DNA of 63,756 nucleotides, the filler included, from Octopus bimaculoides (taxonomy: Eukaryota): assembly GCF_001194135.2 (NCBI RefSeq). It is 4 parts of 4 records of this genome, joined end to end, with 100 filler letters (N's around TTAATTAATTAA, not from the genome) between each part and the next. Parts side by side here need not be neighbours in the genome. Positions count along the whole stretch, not along the records: positions 60,950 to 63,756 come from NW_026395582.1; 3 more parts are not named here. One strand, 5' to 3'. The first letter of the stretch is position 1. Every line of letters begins with the position of its first letter. Made by a program: the position numbers and the translations under genes. The notes below the pieces were generated by a model that had not been told where the DNA came from, made no database searches, and saw only the letters and a program-made list of their open reading frames with translations. Of this stretch, positions 62,470 through 63,756 are shown piece by piece.

Positions 62470-63599
62470 GTATGTATATGCATTTATATACATACATATA
62501 TATATATATATATATANNNNNNNNNNNNNNNNNNNNNNNNNNNNNNNNNNNNNNNNNNNNNNNNNNNNNNNNNNNNNNNNNNNNNNNNNNNNNNNNNNNN
62601 NNNNNNNNNNNNNNNNNNNNNNNNNNNNNNNNNNNNNNNNNNNNNNNNNNNNNNNNNNNNNNNNNNNNNNNNNNNNNNNNNNNNNNNNNNNNNNNNNNNN
62701 NNNNNNNNNNNNNNNNNNNNNNNNNNNNNNNNNNNNNNNNNNNNNNNNNNNNNNNNNNNNNNNNNNNNNNNNNNNNNNNNNNNNNNNNNNNNNNNNNNNN
62801 NNNNNNNNNNNNNNNNNNNNNNNNNNNNNNNNNNNNNNNNNNNNNNNNNNNNNNNNNNNNNNNNNNNNNNNNNNNNNNNNNNNNNNNNNNNNNNNNNNNN
62901 NNNNNNNNNNNNNNNNNNNNNNNNNNNNNNNNNNNNNNNNNNNNNNNNNNNNNNNNNNNNNNNNNNNNNNNNNNNNNNNNNNNNNNNNNNNNNNNNNNNN
63001 NNNNNNNNNNNNNNNNNNNNNNNNNNNNNNNNNNNNNNNNNNNNNNNNNNNNNNNNNNNNNNNNNNNNNNNNNNGTGTGTTGTAGTCAAAGGAACAGAAT
63101 GCAGATGACAAGATACGAGATGGGAATGGAATGAAAGAAACGAAAAGACAAAATAGTTTCATCGGATCTTTTATTAAAATTTGTTTTTAATCGATTTTTT
63201 TATTTGGAAAATATTGATGTTCGTCTTCTCTCTTGAGGAAAGCTGGTCAAATTCTGATTAAAAACTTCCGCCATCTGGAAACGAGAAACGGTGAAGATAT
63301 TAAAAAAGAGAAATGTAATATAATATATGTTTATATAATGCTGCTCCAGCTTGGCCAGAGTTATGTCATATTTAGAGCAATGCAAGAATGTGAATGTGTG
63401 TGTGTGTGTGTGTGTGTGTGTTGCTGGTTTCTGTTTTAAGTCCAGGACAGCCAAGTTAGAGCAGACTTATGGTCAAAATATTCCACTTGTGACCTCCACC
63501 ACTAACACTATCACCTGACCATCCTTATTACTCATACCACCACCACAACGACCGTCACCGCAATATCATCCTTACTGTTTTATTTCTCTCTCTTATTTG

Positions 63600-63645
63600 T
63601 TTGCTGGTTTCAATCATTGTGGCCACACTGGAGCACCGCCCTCAA
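63600..63645 (-). mobile_element. Family A SINE 3' tip
   Basis: GGTTTCAATCATTGTGGCCACACTGGAGCACCGCC. Confidence 0.6.
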
Positions 63646-63722
63646 TAGCTTTTAATTGACATTTTCTCATTTATTTCTCAACTAGTCTTATAATTATTTT
63701 TTCTCTCTGTCACACGATACAT

Positions 63723-63756
<34 letters not shown>

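Noticed and set aside
63264-63280. ACTTCCGCCATCT ETS/YY1 composite with a - strand ATGGCG start; also an AGATGGCGCC CTCF/YY1-like site at ~27518
   Set aside because: Isolated motifs; the ORF stops after 24 codons and there is no supporting CpG island.

Overview
AT-rich, gap-riddled animal genomic DNA saturated with (TA)n/(CA)n/(GA)n/(TAA)n/(TAGA)n microsatellites. The repeat landscape strongly suggests an octopus (inference from recalled SINE sequences; not database-checked). No intact protein-coding gene can be supported, and almost all listed ORFs are microsatellite or N-run artefacts. Recognisable content is decayed mobile DNA. It comprises a mariner transposase relic, several Penelope-like element (PLE) fragments of at least two clades, an RTE LINE 3' end with three C2H2 fingers, and six R4/Dong-like fragments stacked in (TAA)n arrays. 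There are also four tRNA-headed SINE families, a Tigger-like end, a Helitron-like 3' end and foldback elements. The best discovery lead is a set of hammerhead-ribozyme (HHR) motifs. One is a near-canonical type I HHR at 54641-54739, inside a ~390-bp element whose left arm is antisense to the ribozyme's 3' half. Decayed HHR-like motifs also occur behind a Pol II-like promoter (42.0-42.3 kb) and behind a tRNA-like Pol III head at a PLE 3' end (6.3-6.5 kb). A few splice-signal-flanked short exon candidates hint at a host gene on the + strand. Three identical 44N-TTAATTAATTAA-44N blocks mark artificial scaffold joins, so the window is not necessarily contiguous.
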